This document shows positions 10,488 to 20,478 of a DNA stretch of 32,000 nt, piece after piece. How positions within the stretch are numbered: the first letter of the stretch is position 1; the number at the start of each line of letters is the position of its first letter. The position numbers were made by a program, and so were the translations under genes. The DNA is taken from the sequence record CP166271.1, one strand, 5' to 3'. The notes beneath the pieces were generated by a model. That model searched no databases, was not told where the DNA came from, and worked only from the letters and a program-made list of their open reading frames with translations.

Positions 10488-11654
10488 TTATTTAAACTGA
10501 TTAAATTTAGTTAATTCAATTAAACTATTTTCTAATAAACTAATAACAGGTACTATTACTAAAAAATGTGCAAAATAAATAACAGTACTTATTTGTCCAA
10601 ATTCAATAAATGGAGATTCAACGTGTTTAGCTCCTAAAACCATTAATAATAAAAAGTTTGCAATAAATATATAGAAAGCTATTTTACTTAAGGGTCTAAA
10701 TTGTATACCTCTACTTCTACTTAAATCTGTAAATGGCATAGCTAATAAGATTAATATAGCACTAAACATAGCAATAACACCTAGTAATTTATTAGGTATA
10801 CTTCTTAATATAGCGTAGAAAGGTAAAAGATATCACTCAGGTACAATGGCAGGTGGAGTTTGCATAGGGTTAGCCATAACATAGTTTTCACTGTCACCTA
10901 AAGCATTAGGCATAAAGAATACAAATAAACTTAAAACTATAATAAATATGAAAATAGTAATTAAATCTTTAAATAAGAAATAAGGAGCAAAAGGTAATCT
11001 ATCATAATTACCAGATACACCTAAAGGATTACCTGAACCTGCACTATCATGTAATGCAATTAAGTGCATTAAAGCTAGTGCGGCTAAAACAAAAGGTAGT
11101 ACAAAATGTAAAGCAAAGAATCTATTTAAAGTAGCATTATTAACAGAAAAACCACCTCATATAAATTCAACAATATCTTGTCCAACTCATGGTATAGCAC
11201 TCATAAGATTAGTAATAACTGTAGCACCTCATAAACTCATTTGACCATATGGTAATACATAACCTAGGAAACCTGTAGCCATCATGAGTAAGAATATTAC
11301 TGTACCTATAGTCCATACTAATGTTCTAGGTGATCTGTATGATCCGTAATATAAACCTCTACCTATATGTAGATAAACCAAAAAGAAAAAAGCTGAAGCT
11401 GTATTACTGTGTAAATAACGTATTAATCATCCATTATTTACATCACGCATGATATGTTCTACTGAATTAAACGCTTCTAGTACACTAGGATTGTAATGCA
11501 TAGCTAAAGTTACACCTGTAATTATTTGTATAACTAGACAAACAGCTAATAATGAACCAAAATTTCATAAATAACTTAAGTTAGATGGTTGTGATGAATC
11601 AATTATATAGGAATTAACTAACTTTAATAGGGGATGACTTTTTAAAATTCTCAT
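10488..11654 (-). CDS. cob: apocytochrome b, intronless, intact (388 aa)
   Basis: ATG at 11652-11654 gives [37 protein letters not shown]-track pieces 10833..11069 and 10488..10769 join in frame via TGA (..[33 protein letters not shown]..). The span is 1167 nt. Confidence 0.93.
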
Positions 11655-11790
11655 TTTTTTTTTTTTGATTTTTTTTATTTTTTAAATGTCAAAAAGGGGG
11701 ATAATATAAATATATATGTTAATATATTCGTTATCTAATAAGTTAAATTAAACTATACTATAAATAAAAAACTATATTTAAAAATAGTTT

Positions 11791-11876
11791 TAGGAAGAAA
11801 AGGACTTGAACCTTTGACAATGATTAATCATTGATTTTTAATATAAATCCGTCATACCTACAAACGGAACCTTCCC
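11791..11876 (-). other. trnY paralogue with rewritten anticodon and variable arms (possible UAA or AUU anticodon; status unclear)
   Basis: It has the same 86-nt length as trnY. Positions 2-28 of its 5' end (GGAAGGTTCCGTTTGTAGGTATGACGG) are identical to trnY 6159..6244, and the 3' T/acceptor part (AAGGTTCAAGTCCTTTTCTTCCTA) is identical. The middle reads ATTTATATTAAAAATC-AATGATTAATCATTG. Confidence 0.55.
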
Positions 11877-11893
11877 CTTTTTTATTAGTGCTA

Positions 11894-11914
11894 ATACCCT
11901 AATTCATAGGGTAT
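11894..11914. repeat. Hairpin ATACCCT-AATTCAT-AGGGTAT
   Basis: Read directly from the sequence. It lies between the nad5 stop (12025) and the trnY-like element. Confidence 0.85.
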
Positions 11915-12024
11915 AGTCTATTAATACTATTTTGTTTAAAATATTTTAAACAAAGTAAAAATTAACTTTTGTTTTTAAATATACTTATTGTAAAATATTT
12001 TTCTTTTTATTAAAAATATTAGAA

Positions 12025-14060
12025 CTATTTACTATTGATTATATTTGTATTTTTTACACCATGGAAATCTACTAAAGTAGTTAAGGATAACATAATTAAT
12101 ATAAGTAAACTATTTTCGGCTAATGATAAATAAGGTATTAAAACATAGAAAAGAAGACCAATTAATATATACAAAGCATAACTAGTTATTATACCTTTAT
12201 CTAAATTAGCTATAGTTCTACTTAAATTTATTAAGCCTTTTTCTAAACCATATGGTCCTAATAATTCTACGCTTCCTTTATCTAAAATTTTAGTTGTTTG
12301 ACCCCTAACATTAAAACAAAATTTGTTATATATCTATTATATAATAATTCAATGAAGAAACGTTGATTAAAGAATCCGAATATATTATAACCTAATCTAG
12401 AAAATTTAAAACTAGAAATAAATTTAGGTAAGAATTCTGAAATTATTATAGCTATAATACTAAGAGATATAGTGAAAAATAAAGGTAATAATTTAAATAA
12501 AGTAGGTACAGCAAATTCTGTGTCTAACAATATTTCATGATTAGGGTGGATAAATAGACTATTATCTGAAAAGAATACTGAACCCAATCCAATAAATATA
12601 TCTTTACTAATATAACCAAATATAATAGAAAATACAGCTAAAATGATTAAAGGTAAACTCATAAAAATATCACCTTCATGAGCTATTTTAGTATTTAAAT
12701 TTATTTTATCATTTATAGTTTGTTCATGTTTATAATTAATTAATGGCCCGTTAGGATTACTTAAAAAAGTTAAATATAAAACTTTAACAGAATATAAAGT
12801 AGTAAACATAGCACCAATAGATGCTATAAAATAAACTACTGTACCGCTAAAATAAAATTGACCATAAGCAGATTCTAGTATAAAATCTTTACTATAAAAT
12901 CCTGTCATAAAAGGGAAAGCTACTAAACTAAGACTTGCTATTAACATTACAGAATAAGTTAAAGGTAAAAAGGTTTTAGTCCACCATATTTTCTAAAGTC
13001 TTGGTTATCAGCAACTGCATGAATAACAGCACCTGCACCTAAAAATAACAATGCTTTATAAAAAGCATGATTTACTAAGTGAAATAAAGCTACATTATAT
13101 GAAGATAGTCCTACTGCAATAACCATCATCCCTAATTGACTCATAGTAGAATAAGCGATAACTTTTTAATATCTTGTTGGAATAATCCAATAAGAGAGCT
13201 AAAAACAGTAGTTATAGCACCTGATCATAAACATATCATTAAAACAGTTGAACTATGTTCTATTAAAGGGCTTGTACGTATTAATAAATACACACCAGCT
13301 GTAACCATAGTTGCAGCGTGGATTAAGGCACTAACAGGTGTGGGACCTTCCATTGCCATAGGTAATCAAACATGTAAACCAACTTGAGCACTTTTAGCCA
13401 TAGCACCTATAAATAAACATATACCTATAATTGTAACTATGTCCTCATTAACAAAAGGTGCTAATGAAAATACTGTACTATAATCAAGATTACCAAATGA
13501 TCAAACTATAGCAAACATACCTATAGTTAAAAAACAATCACCCACTCTATTAGTTAAGAAAGCAGACATAGAACTTTGATTTGCAGCTATTCTAGTAAAC
13601 CAGAAACTTACTAAAAGATACGAACAAATTCCTACACCTTCTCATCCTACAAACATTAATAAGAAACTATTAGCTGTAACAAGTATAATCATCATAAAGG
13701 TGAATAAACTTAAATAACTAAAAAATCTTTGATTATGGGGATCATGACTCATGTATCCTATAGAATAAATATGTACCAATGAACTAACAATTAAAACAGG
13801 TATTAACATAGATACTGTTAAACTATCAAAATGGAAACTTCATAATACATCCAGTGATTCACTATCAATTCATCTAAATAGATTTATTGAGACAGGTATG
13901 TTATTTAAACCTACTTCAAAAAAAGCTACGATTGCTAATAAAGTTGTTACAATTACACATGTACATGTAATTATTTGTGCTCCGCTAACTCCAACTTTTC
14001 TACCAAAAAGCCGGAAACTATTGATCCTAATAATGGTAAAGTAATTATAGCTAAATACAT
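12025..14060 (-). CDS. nad5: NADH dehydrogenase subunit 5, frame broken at four homopolymers
   Basis: ATG at 14058-14060 ([18 protein letters not shown]..) and TAG at 12025-12027. The span is 2036 nt, and 2036+4 = 2040 = 680 codons. The conserved sequence is recovered by adding one base at each of 14015-14019, 13163-13167, 12967-12971 and 12302-12305. Confidence 0.9.
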
Positions 14061-14329
14061 TATTTATATTCTATTGCGATGCTTCCTCTTAATCTATAAA
14101 ATGCAACTAGAATACCTAAACCAATTGCTGATTCTGCACCAGCTATAGCTATTATGTATATAGCATACGTTTGGCCTAATATATCATCAAAGCTAAGTGA
14201 ACTTATCAATATTAAAAATGTAATAGCTAATAACATTATTTCAATTGAAATAAGCATTAATATTATATTTTTTCTATTTAATACGAAACCTATAATTCCG
14301 ATTAAAAAAAGTATTAAGGTTAAATTCAT
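14060..14329 (-). CDS. nad4L: NADH dehydrogenase subunit 4L (89 aa)
   Basis: ATG at 14327-14329 gives [21 protein letters not shown]... The stop TAA at 14060-14062 shares its last A with the nad5 ATG (TAATG overlap). Confidence 0.92.
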   Translation of the reverse strand: MNLTLILFLIGIIGFVLNRKNIILMLISIEIMLLAITFLILISSLSFDDILGQTYAIYIIAIAGAESAIGLGILVAFYRLRGSIAIEYK

Positions 14330-14594
14330 TGTATATTTTTTTTTCACAATTATATTTAAAGGCTTTATTATAAATCATTAAAGTTTATAATTTATCATTT
14401 CTTCCTTAATTTCCTTAAAGCTTCTTTTAGTTTAAGCATATAAGGGATAAGTCTGGTTATATAACCAACTAATTAGTAGTAAGATAAAAAAATGGAAAAA
14501 ACAGTAATTTAGTATTATTAATTGAAAAAACTATAGTGTATACTAGTATATGGTTTGTTATATGTTGTTTAATAGATTATTGTAAAAATTTTAG

Positions 14595-14625
14595 AATATA
14601 AAATATCTTAAAGATATTTTATATT
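14595..14625. repeat. 31-bp perfect palindrome (15-bp arms) 13 nt downstream of the cox2 stop
   Basis: AATATAAAATATCTT-A-AAGATATTTTATATT, read directly from the sequence. Confidence 0.9.
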
Positions 14626-14637
14626 TTTATAAAGGCA

Positions 14638-15396
14638 TTATTGTTCTTCTAGTCATGTAAGGAATTTTTCTATTGAAACTGATTCTATTACTATAGGCAT
14701 AGAACTATGTAAAATACCACATATTTCTGAACATTGTCCATAAAATGTACCTTCTCTATTAATAAGAACAGATACTTGATTTAATCTACCTGGGTAAGCG
14801 TCACATTTAATACCTAAAGCAGGACAAGCGAAAGAATGTATAACATCTGCTGCGGTTACTATAAATCTTACATGTGTTAATTCTGGAAGAATAACTCTAT
14901 TATCTACTTCTAACATTCTTAATGCTCCATCATCTAAGTCTGATTCTGGTACTAAATAAGAATCAAATTCTATAAATTCATCATCCGAATTTAAGAAATC
15001 AGGATATTGATAACTTCAATATCATTGATGACCTTCGGCTAATACTGACATAGCTGGATCACTTACTTCATCCATTAAATATAGTAATTTAAATGAAGGG
15101 AAAGCAATTAAGATTAAAATTAATGCAGGTGTAATTGTTCATATTAATTCTATTAATGTTCCATGATTTAAATATTTATGTGATATTGGTGATTTAACAC
15201 TTGTATAATTTCTTACAATAGATATCATAATTCAACCTACACCAAATAATATAATAACTAAATAAAACATAATATTATCATGTAATTCTACTAATCCTTC
15301 CATTTGTGGAGTAGCACTATCTTGAAAATAAAGACCTCAAGGTCTAGGGGTATCACAATTATTATAAAATATAATTGAACTTATATAGTTTATCAT
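14638..15396 (-). CDS. cox2: cytochrome c oxidase subunit 2 (252 aa, intact)
   Basis: ATG at 15394-15396 gives [34 protein letters not shown].. ORF-track 14653..14916 carries the CuA motif ([34 protein letters not shown]). The gene ends ..EKFLTWLEEQ with TAA at 14638-14640. The span is 759 nt. Confidence 0.94.
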
Positions 15397-15545
15397 TTAT
15401 CTTTTTTTTGATTTTTTTTCAATAATTTAATTAAATTATTAACATAATATATTTATGTTTAATATTAATCTAAAATTGAAAACCGTTAAATAGTGTGTAC
15501 TATTATAGAATAAAATCTACAATAGTACAAAGTTTTTATAGGGAT

Positions 15546-15585
15546 AAAATTATTTGTTATATACTTTGTTATAACAAATAATTTT
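15546..15585. repeat. Inverted repeat, 15-bp arms, 10-nt loop
   Basis: AAAATTATTTGTTAT / ATAACAAATAATTTT, read directly from the sequence. It lies in the nad3-cox2 spacer. Confidence 0.9.
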
Positions 15586-15619
15586 TGTATGTCTTATTAA
15601 GAGATTGTTAAAGGTAATA

Positions 15620-16007
15620 TTATTGTATTTTTTTAGATTTAAATAATGTATACGTTTGTCTACTATCTATTTTTAATGCATTTTTACCCAATTCAAACGC
15701 AAATCCTAATGTTAATACTAAAAAAATATTAACATAATAACTAAACCATATATACTATTTGTATATGCACTTACTACATAAGGATATACTAAAAGAATTT
15801 CTAAATCAAATAATAAAAATAAAAGTGCAAATATAAAAAAGAAATACTGAATTGTGTTCTATTTTGACCTAAAAAAGAATGAAAACCACATTCAAAAACA
15901 CTATCTTTTTCTCCGTAAGGGTTATGTGGAGCAAATATAAAATTAACTGCTAATAATATAACTGCTAATATAGGTATAAATAAAAAGAAAAAAGTAGTAC
16001 TTGTCAT
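15620..16007 (-). CDS. nad3: NADH dehydrogenase subunit 3, frame broken at two A-runs
   Basis: ATG at 16005-16007 (MTSTTFFFLFIPILAVILLAVNFIFAPHNPYGEKDSVFECGF..). The conserved continuation ..FIFALLFLLFDLEILLVYPYVV...LGFAFELGKNALKI.. needs +1 at 15835-15840 and +1 at 15720-15726. The proposed stop is TAA at 15620-15622. The span is 388 nt, and 388+2 = 390. Confidence 0.85.
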
Positions 16008-17697
16008 TTAAGAATTAAATAATATTAGCGATAATATGTTAGCCATATTAAATCACTCTTGAGGTATTAAAATAAATAAAAGTATTACTAATGTTAAAAT
16101 AGAAATAGTTATAGTTAAATAACTAGATAATTTAATATCTTTAGTACTTAAACTTAATTCCTCTATAAAAATTTCCTCTTTAGCTACATTTGCATTCATT
16201 TTAACATTAGATAATTTTGAATTAATTACATAATCTGTTTTATCAAAATATACTTGTTTTATTATATTTAAATAATAAACAGCACTAATTACACTAGTTA
16301 ATATAGCAATTAATGTCAAGAAAATATAACCATTATCTAAAGCAGCACTTAATACCATCTGTTTTGCAAAAATCCAATAAGAGGAGGTATACCTACAAAA
16401 GAAAATATAGTAATAGTAAAACTTAAAGATAAGACTGGGTTAATATAAAAATAACCTTTCAATTGACTTATTAATTGTATAGGTGAATTGTTTTTTTCTG
16501 GTAATTCTTTATACTCATCACTATTATTTACATAAAAATATAATGAATATCCTATACTAATTAGTATAATGAACGCATTTAAATTACTTATTGAATATTG
16601 CATTAAATAAAATATAAATGCTTGTATTGATTCTATACTATTAATGCTTAAAGCTAATAATATAAAACCTATATGGCTTATAGTACTAAACGCAAATAAT
16701 CTTTTTATTCTAGATTGAGTTAAACCTAATACTGAACCTATAATTAATGATAATAAAGAACTAACTAATAAACTAATAGTTCAAGTAAACTCAAAATTAA
16801 ATAATGAATTACTTGTATAATGAACTAATTCTAATAAAAAAATAAATATAGAAATTTTAGCTACTATTGCTACAAAAGTTGTAACTATTGTAGGTATAGC
16901 ATCATAAACACCTGGAGATCAAAAATGGAATGGAGCAGCACTAATTTTAAATAAGAAACCTACACTTAATATCAATAAAGAATAATTTATGTAGTCAGGT
17001 TTATATGAATGTAAAATATTATTATTTGTCTCATTAGCAAGATCACTTAAACTAGTAATTACATATAATCCATCCAAATTAGTTGTACCTGAATTAGAGT
17101 AAAGTAAACTACTACCCAATAATATAAAACAAGAACTTAAACCACCTAATAAAAAATATGTAAGACCACCCGATGTTGCTAACTCTGAATTTCTGTATAT
17201 TGTACTAAGTAAATACAACCCATAACTTTGTAATTCAATAGATAAAAATACTGAAACCAAATCACTAGTTGATACTAAAAATACTGCACCACATACAATA
17301 AATAATAGGATTAAAGGATATTCTATAATTTTGAACTGTTCTCCCATTTTATTTAATATTTTGGTTTTATTAAATAAAAATTCGTATGAAAAGAGTTTGT
17401 TTATATATGAGTATTTTGTCAATCAAACTCTTCTAGGATAAAAAGCAGTTAATTGTATTATAAGAATACAAATAAAAAAATAAATATCTGAAATATTTGT
17501 GTTAAACCTGTTGCATGAAATAAACCCCCGTATAAAGCAATACCTCTATTTAAAGGTGTAATAAATAAACTAGTAAAAGCATTAAAAGAAGAATATAGTA
17601 GTATAATTATAGCTGCACGGCTATATAATATAGATTTATCTCGTCTGAGAGTAACGGCGTTCGATAATAATAATAATAATATTGAAATAATTAACAT
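16008..17697 (-). CDS. nad2: NADH dehydrogenase subunit 2, frame broken at two homopolymers
   Basis: ATG at 17695-17697. The four ORF-track pieces fall in three frames. The gene reads continuously if one base is added at 17474-17480 (..[26 protein letters not shown]..) and at 16368-16372 (..[20 protein letters not shown]..). TAA at 16008-16010 abuts the nad3 ATG. The span is 1690 nt, and 1690+2 = 1692. Confidence 0.9.
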
Positions 17698-17699
17698 GT

Positions 17700-17765
17700 A
17701 AAGAAGAAAAAGACTTGAACTTTTATAACTAAATTTTTAGTGCTTTATCTTTAAGCTATCTTCTT
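17700..17765 (-). other. tRNA-like element P2 (paralogue of P1), ending 2 nt before the nad2 ATG
   Basis: AAGAAGA-TA-GCTT-AAAGATA-AAGC-[ACTAAAAATTTAGTTAT]-AAAAG-TTCAAGT-CTTTT-TCTTCTT-T. The acceptor, D and T helices are perfect. Only 17 nt lie between the D and T stems, so no standard anticodon arm plus variable loop fits. Confidence 0.5.
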
Positions 17766-17785
17766 AGGTTTTTTATTATTAAACC

Positions 17786-17823
17786 AAAATAATTTAAAGT
17801 AAAATTTTACTTTAAATTATTTT
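17786..17823. repeat. 38-bp perfect palindrome (19-bp arms)
   Basis: AAAATAATTTAAAGTAAAA|TTTTACTTTAAATTATTTT, checked base by base. It lies between the atp6 stop (17890) and tRNA-like element P2. Confidence 0.92.
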
Positions 17824-17889
17824 AATCCTAGGCTAATATAAACTATATTAAAAACTATCGTTTTTAATATAATTTAATTGCCCTATTAT

Positions 17890-18666
17890 TTAATGTAAGT
17901 CTAAGGCGTCTTTTATATATGAACTTGTTAATACCACAAAAACTTGAGCTTGTATAAATGCAATAGCTAATTCTAAACCAGAAAATGCTATAATAAAAGA
18001 TAAAGGTATTAACCCTAAAAAGAAAAATATAAACCCACTAGTCATAATATTATAAGTGAAACCTGATAAAATATTTAATAACATATGTCCACTAAGAATA
18101 TTGGCACCTAATCTAAGACCCAAAGAAACATTTCTAGATAAATAAGAAATAAATTCTATTAATACTAATAAAGGTAATAAAGCCAATGGACAACCAGCAG
18201 GTACCAATAAAGAAAAGAACTCTAAACCATGTTTTTGGAATCCTATTATTGTAGCACCTAAAACTACTGTAAAACTAAGTGCAAATGTAAATGCAAAATG
18301 ACTAGTTGATGCAAAGCTATAAGGTATCATACCTATTAAATTATTAATTAATATGAATACGAATAATGTATAAATAAAAGGAAAATAAATTTGTCCTTTT
18401 TTAGAGTTAATTTGATTTGTAACAATACTATGTAAAGTAGCATATATTGATTCTTGACTTATAGATCAATTATTACTTAAAACTTTGTTATAATTAGTTG
18501 CTAAAATATTAGAAAACAATACAAATAAAGTACCTATTGTTAAATAGAAACCAATATTAGTAATAGATATGTGTAAATTACCAAATATAGGGGCATCTAA
18601 GCTTAAAAAATTTCTTATCTCGAATTGATCTAATGGACTAGTAATAAAAGTATGTAATTTTGTCAT
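17890..18666 (-). CDS. atp6: ATP synthase F0 subunit 6 (258 aa, intact)
   Basis: ORF-track pieces 18466..18666 (MTKLHTFITSPLDQFEIRNF..) and 17890..18330 join in frame through TGA at 18466-18468. The span is 777 nt. Confidence 0.93.
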
Positions 18667-18748
18667 AATTTTTATTTTTATTTTTTAAATAATTAAAACT
18701 ATTTTATATAGTGTTTAGTATAAAAGGTTAGGTAAAATCCTTTGTAAT

Positions 18749-19832
18749 CTATAATAAACTAATATTGCTAGGTATAAATTCAAAACTATATAAAATACAA
18801 GGAATTAAAACAATAAAAGCAACAACAATAGGTAATAAAACAGTTCAGCAAAATGACATTAGTTGATCAAAACGTATTCTAGGGAATGAAGCTCTAGCTC
18901 ATATAAAAATAAAAATCATAATACAAGATTTAATACCTATAGCTAAACCATATAATAATCCTTCTATTAAAGGATATGAAAATAAACTATCATTATCTAA
19001 ATTATTGATATAATAATCGAAATCAAAGTATTGTATTATTCAAAAGAATGATATGTAATTATATAAATAACCCCCTAAAAATAAAATGCTAGATAATATA
19101 CAAATTAAAACAATACTAGCATATTCGGCTAAAAAGAAAAAAACAAAAATAACAGCAGCATGTTCTGTCATAAAACCACTAACAAGTTCTGATTCAGCCT
19201 CAGCTAAATCAAAAGGAGCTCTATTAGTTTCAGCTATAGATCCTATAAAAAATATAATAAAAATAGGAAATAAAGGTACTATAAATCATATAGCTCTTTG
19301 GGCTTCAATAATAACAGTAATATTTAGGCTACCTGTTAACATCACTACAAGTAATATAGCAGAACTTAAAATTAATTCATAACTTATTAATTGTGCTGTA
19401 CTTCTAAGTGATCCTAAGAAAGCGTACTTACTATTAGCACTTCAACCTGCTAACAATATACCATATGTAGCTAAAGAAGAAACTGCCAACATATAAAGTA
19501 TACCTAAATTTAAATCACTTAAAGCTAAACCAGGACCATAAGGTATAACTAAATAACCTAATAATGAAAATATTAATGTTATTATTGGACCAAGGAAAAA
19601 TAAAATTATGTTAGCCTGTGTAGGTGAAACATATTCTTTTAAAAAGAAGCTTTAAAGCATCAGCAAAAGCTTGTAAAAGTCCGTAATATCCTACCATATT
19701 AGGACCTAATCTTCTCTGCATACTAGCCATTGTTTTCCTTTCTGCTACAGTTACATAAGCTACAGTTAATAAAACAGGCACGCTTATTAATAAAACTTCT
19801 ATAATGGAGATTATTGTAGGTATATATACCAT
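18749..19832 (-). CDS. nad1: NADH dehydrogenase subunit 1, one frame break
   Basis: The N-terminus reads [62 protein letters not shown]. The conserved continuation [20 protein letters not shown] is in the next frame, with the shift at 19637-19645. The C-terminus reads ..[31 protein letters not shown], with TAG at 18749-18751. The span is 1084 nt, and 1084-1 = 1083. Confidence 0.9.
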
Positions 19833-20031
19833 ATTAATATTATTACTAATAAAAAATATTATTTAATAAAAAAAATATTACTTTTTTTACTATATATATT
19901 TTTTTAAATAACCATATAACATCTTATATTATGTTAATACAAATTATCTATTATAAATTACTAAATAAAAACTTGTATTGTTTGACCAAATAGACAAATA
20001 TAATACAAATTATATAAATAAGACTAATCGT

Positions 20032-20102
20032 ATTCTCATCCAAGATTTGAACTTGGACCTAGATATTAGAAGTATCCTGCTCTACCATTAAGCTAATAAG
20101 AG
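20032..20102 (-). tRNA. trnR: tRNA-Arg(UCU)
   Basis: Anticodon arm GGATA-CTTCTAA-TATCT; D arm GCTT-AATGGTA-GAGC; T arm CCAAG-TTCAAAT-CTTGG. The acceptor CTCTTAT/ATGAGAA has a 1:72 mismatch. Confidence 0.8.
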
Positions 20103-20202
20103 TAAATATATATTTGCATGTTAGGAATAATAAATATTAACTCCTTTCTTAGAGTTTGTTGTTATTTTTAAAAAAATAATATATTCAACGACTTTATATA
20201 AA

Positions 20203-20273
20203 ATACATGTATAAGATTTGAACTTACATTATTGTAGCCGTAATACAATGCTCTACCATTAAGCTAACACGCA
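20203..20273 (-). tRNA. trnR: tRNA-Arg(ACG)
   Basis: Acceptor TGCGTGT/ACATGTA (includes G-U pairs); anticodon arm TTGTA-TTACGGC-TACAA; T arm GTAAG-TTCAAAT-CTTAT. Confidence 0.85.
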
Positions 20274-20335
20274 TAAAAAAATACTTATAAAGTAAAAAGA
20301 ATAAACATAGTAATAGTATATAATCTAGTATTTTC

Positions 20336-20407
20336 AGAGATAGGGAGGAATTGAACCCCTTATTTAAGATCTGCAATCAAAACGTAGAACCATCTACAGC
20401 CTATCTC
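20336..20407 (-). tRNA. trnC: tRNA-Cys(GCA), weak anticodon stem
   Basis: Acceptor GAGATAG/CTATCTC is perfect. The anticodon loop is TTGCAGA, flanked by TTTGA/TCTTA (3 of 5 pairs). T loop TTCAATT. Confidence 0.65.
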
Positions 20408-20478
20408 TATATATTTATATATAAATACATATACTTATATATATAAACTAATTTTTTTTTCGAATAAAAAGTTATTCA

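Noticed and set aside
13136-13387. Plus-strand ORFs in the track: 6174..6365, 13136..13387, 14154..14381, 19086..19382, 24338..24523, 25004..25192, 25681..25878, 27063..27272 and 27725..27937.
   Set aside because: Each lies antisense to, or inside, a confidently identified minus-strand gene (trnY/rns, nad5, nad4L, nad1, the rnl intron/rps3, rnl exon 1). Their products are low-complexity or have no recognisable family, and no other feature in the unit is on the plus strand.
14636-14638. Candidate atp8 starts: ATG CCT at 14636-14638 (overlapping the cox2 stop) and ATG CCT CAA at 20928-20930.
   Set aside because: The first terminates after 3 codons (MPL*). The second gives MPQATEPPFSIWKKFFLI*, is not hydrophobic in the way atp8 is, and lies out of frame inside the orphan ORF.
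12025-19832. Programmed ribosomal frameshifting, translational bypassing or RNA editing as an explanation for the broken nad5, nad2, nad3 and nad1 genes.
   Set aside because: Every break sits in a mononucleotide run. Almost all are single missing bases. The duplicated 3.9 kb shows the same class of difference between two readouts of one locus, including cox3 broken in two different ways. Sequencing error is the economical explanation, and it remains testable (see the findings).
20282-20290. Yeast-type mitochondrial promoter nonanucleotide (ATATAAGTA): a near match TTATAAGTA on the minus strand between trnC and trnR.
   Set aside because: It is a one-mismatch 9-mer in DNA that is mostly A/T, so it is expected by chance. 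The yeast consensus is not established for this lineage, and no second supporting copy was seen upstream of rnl or rns.
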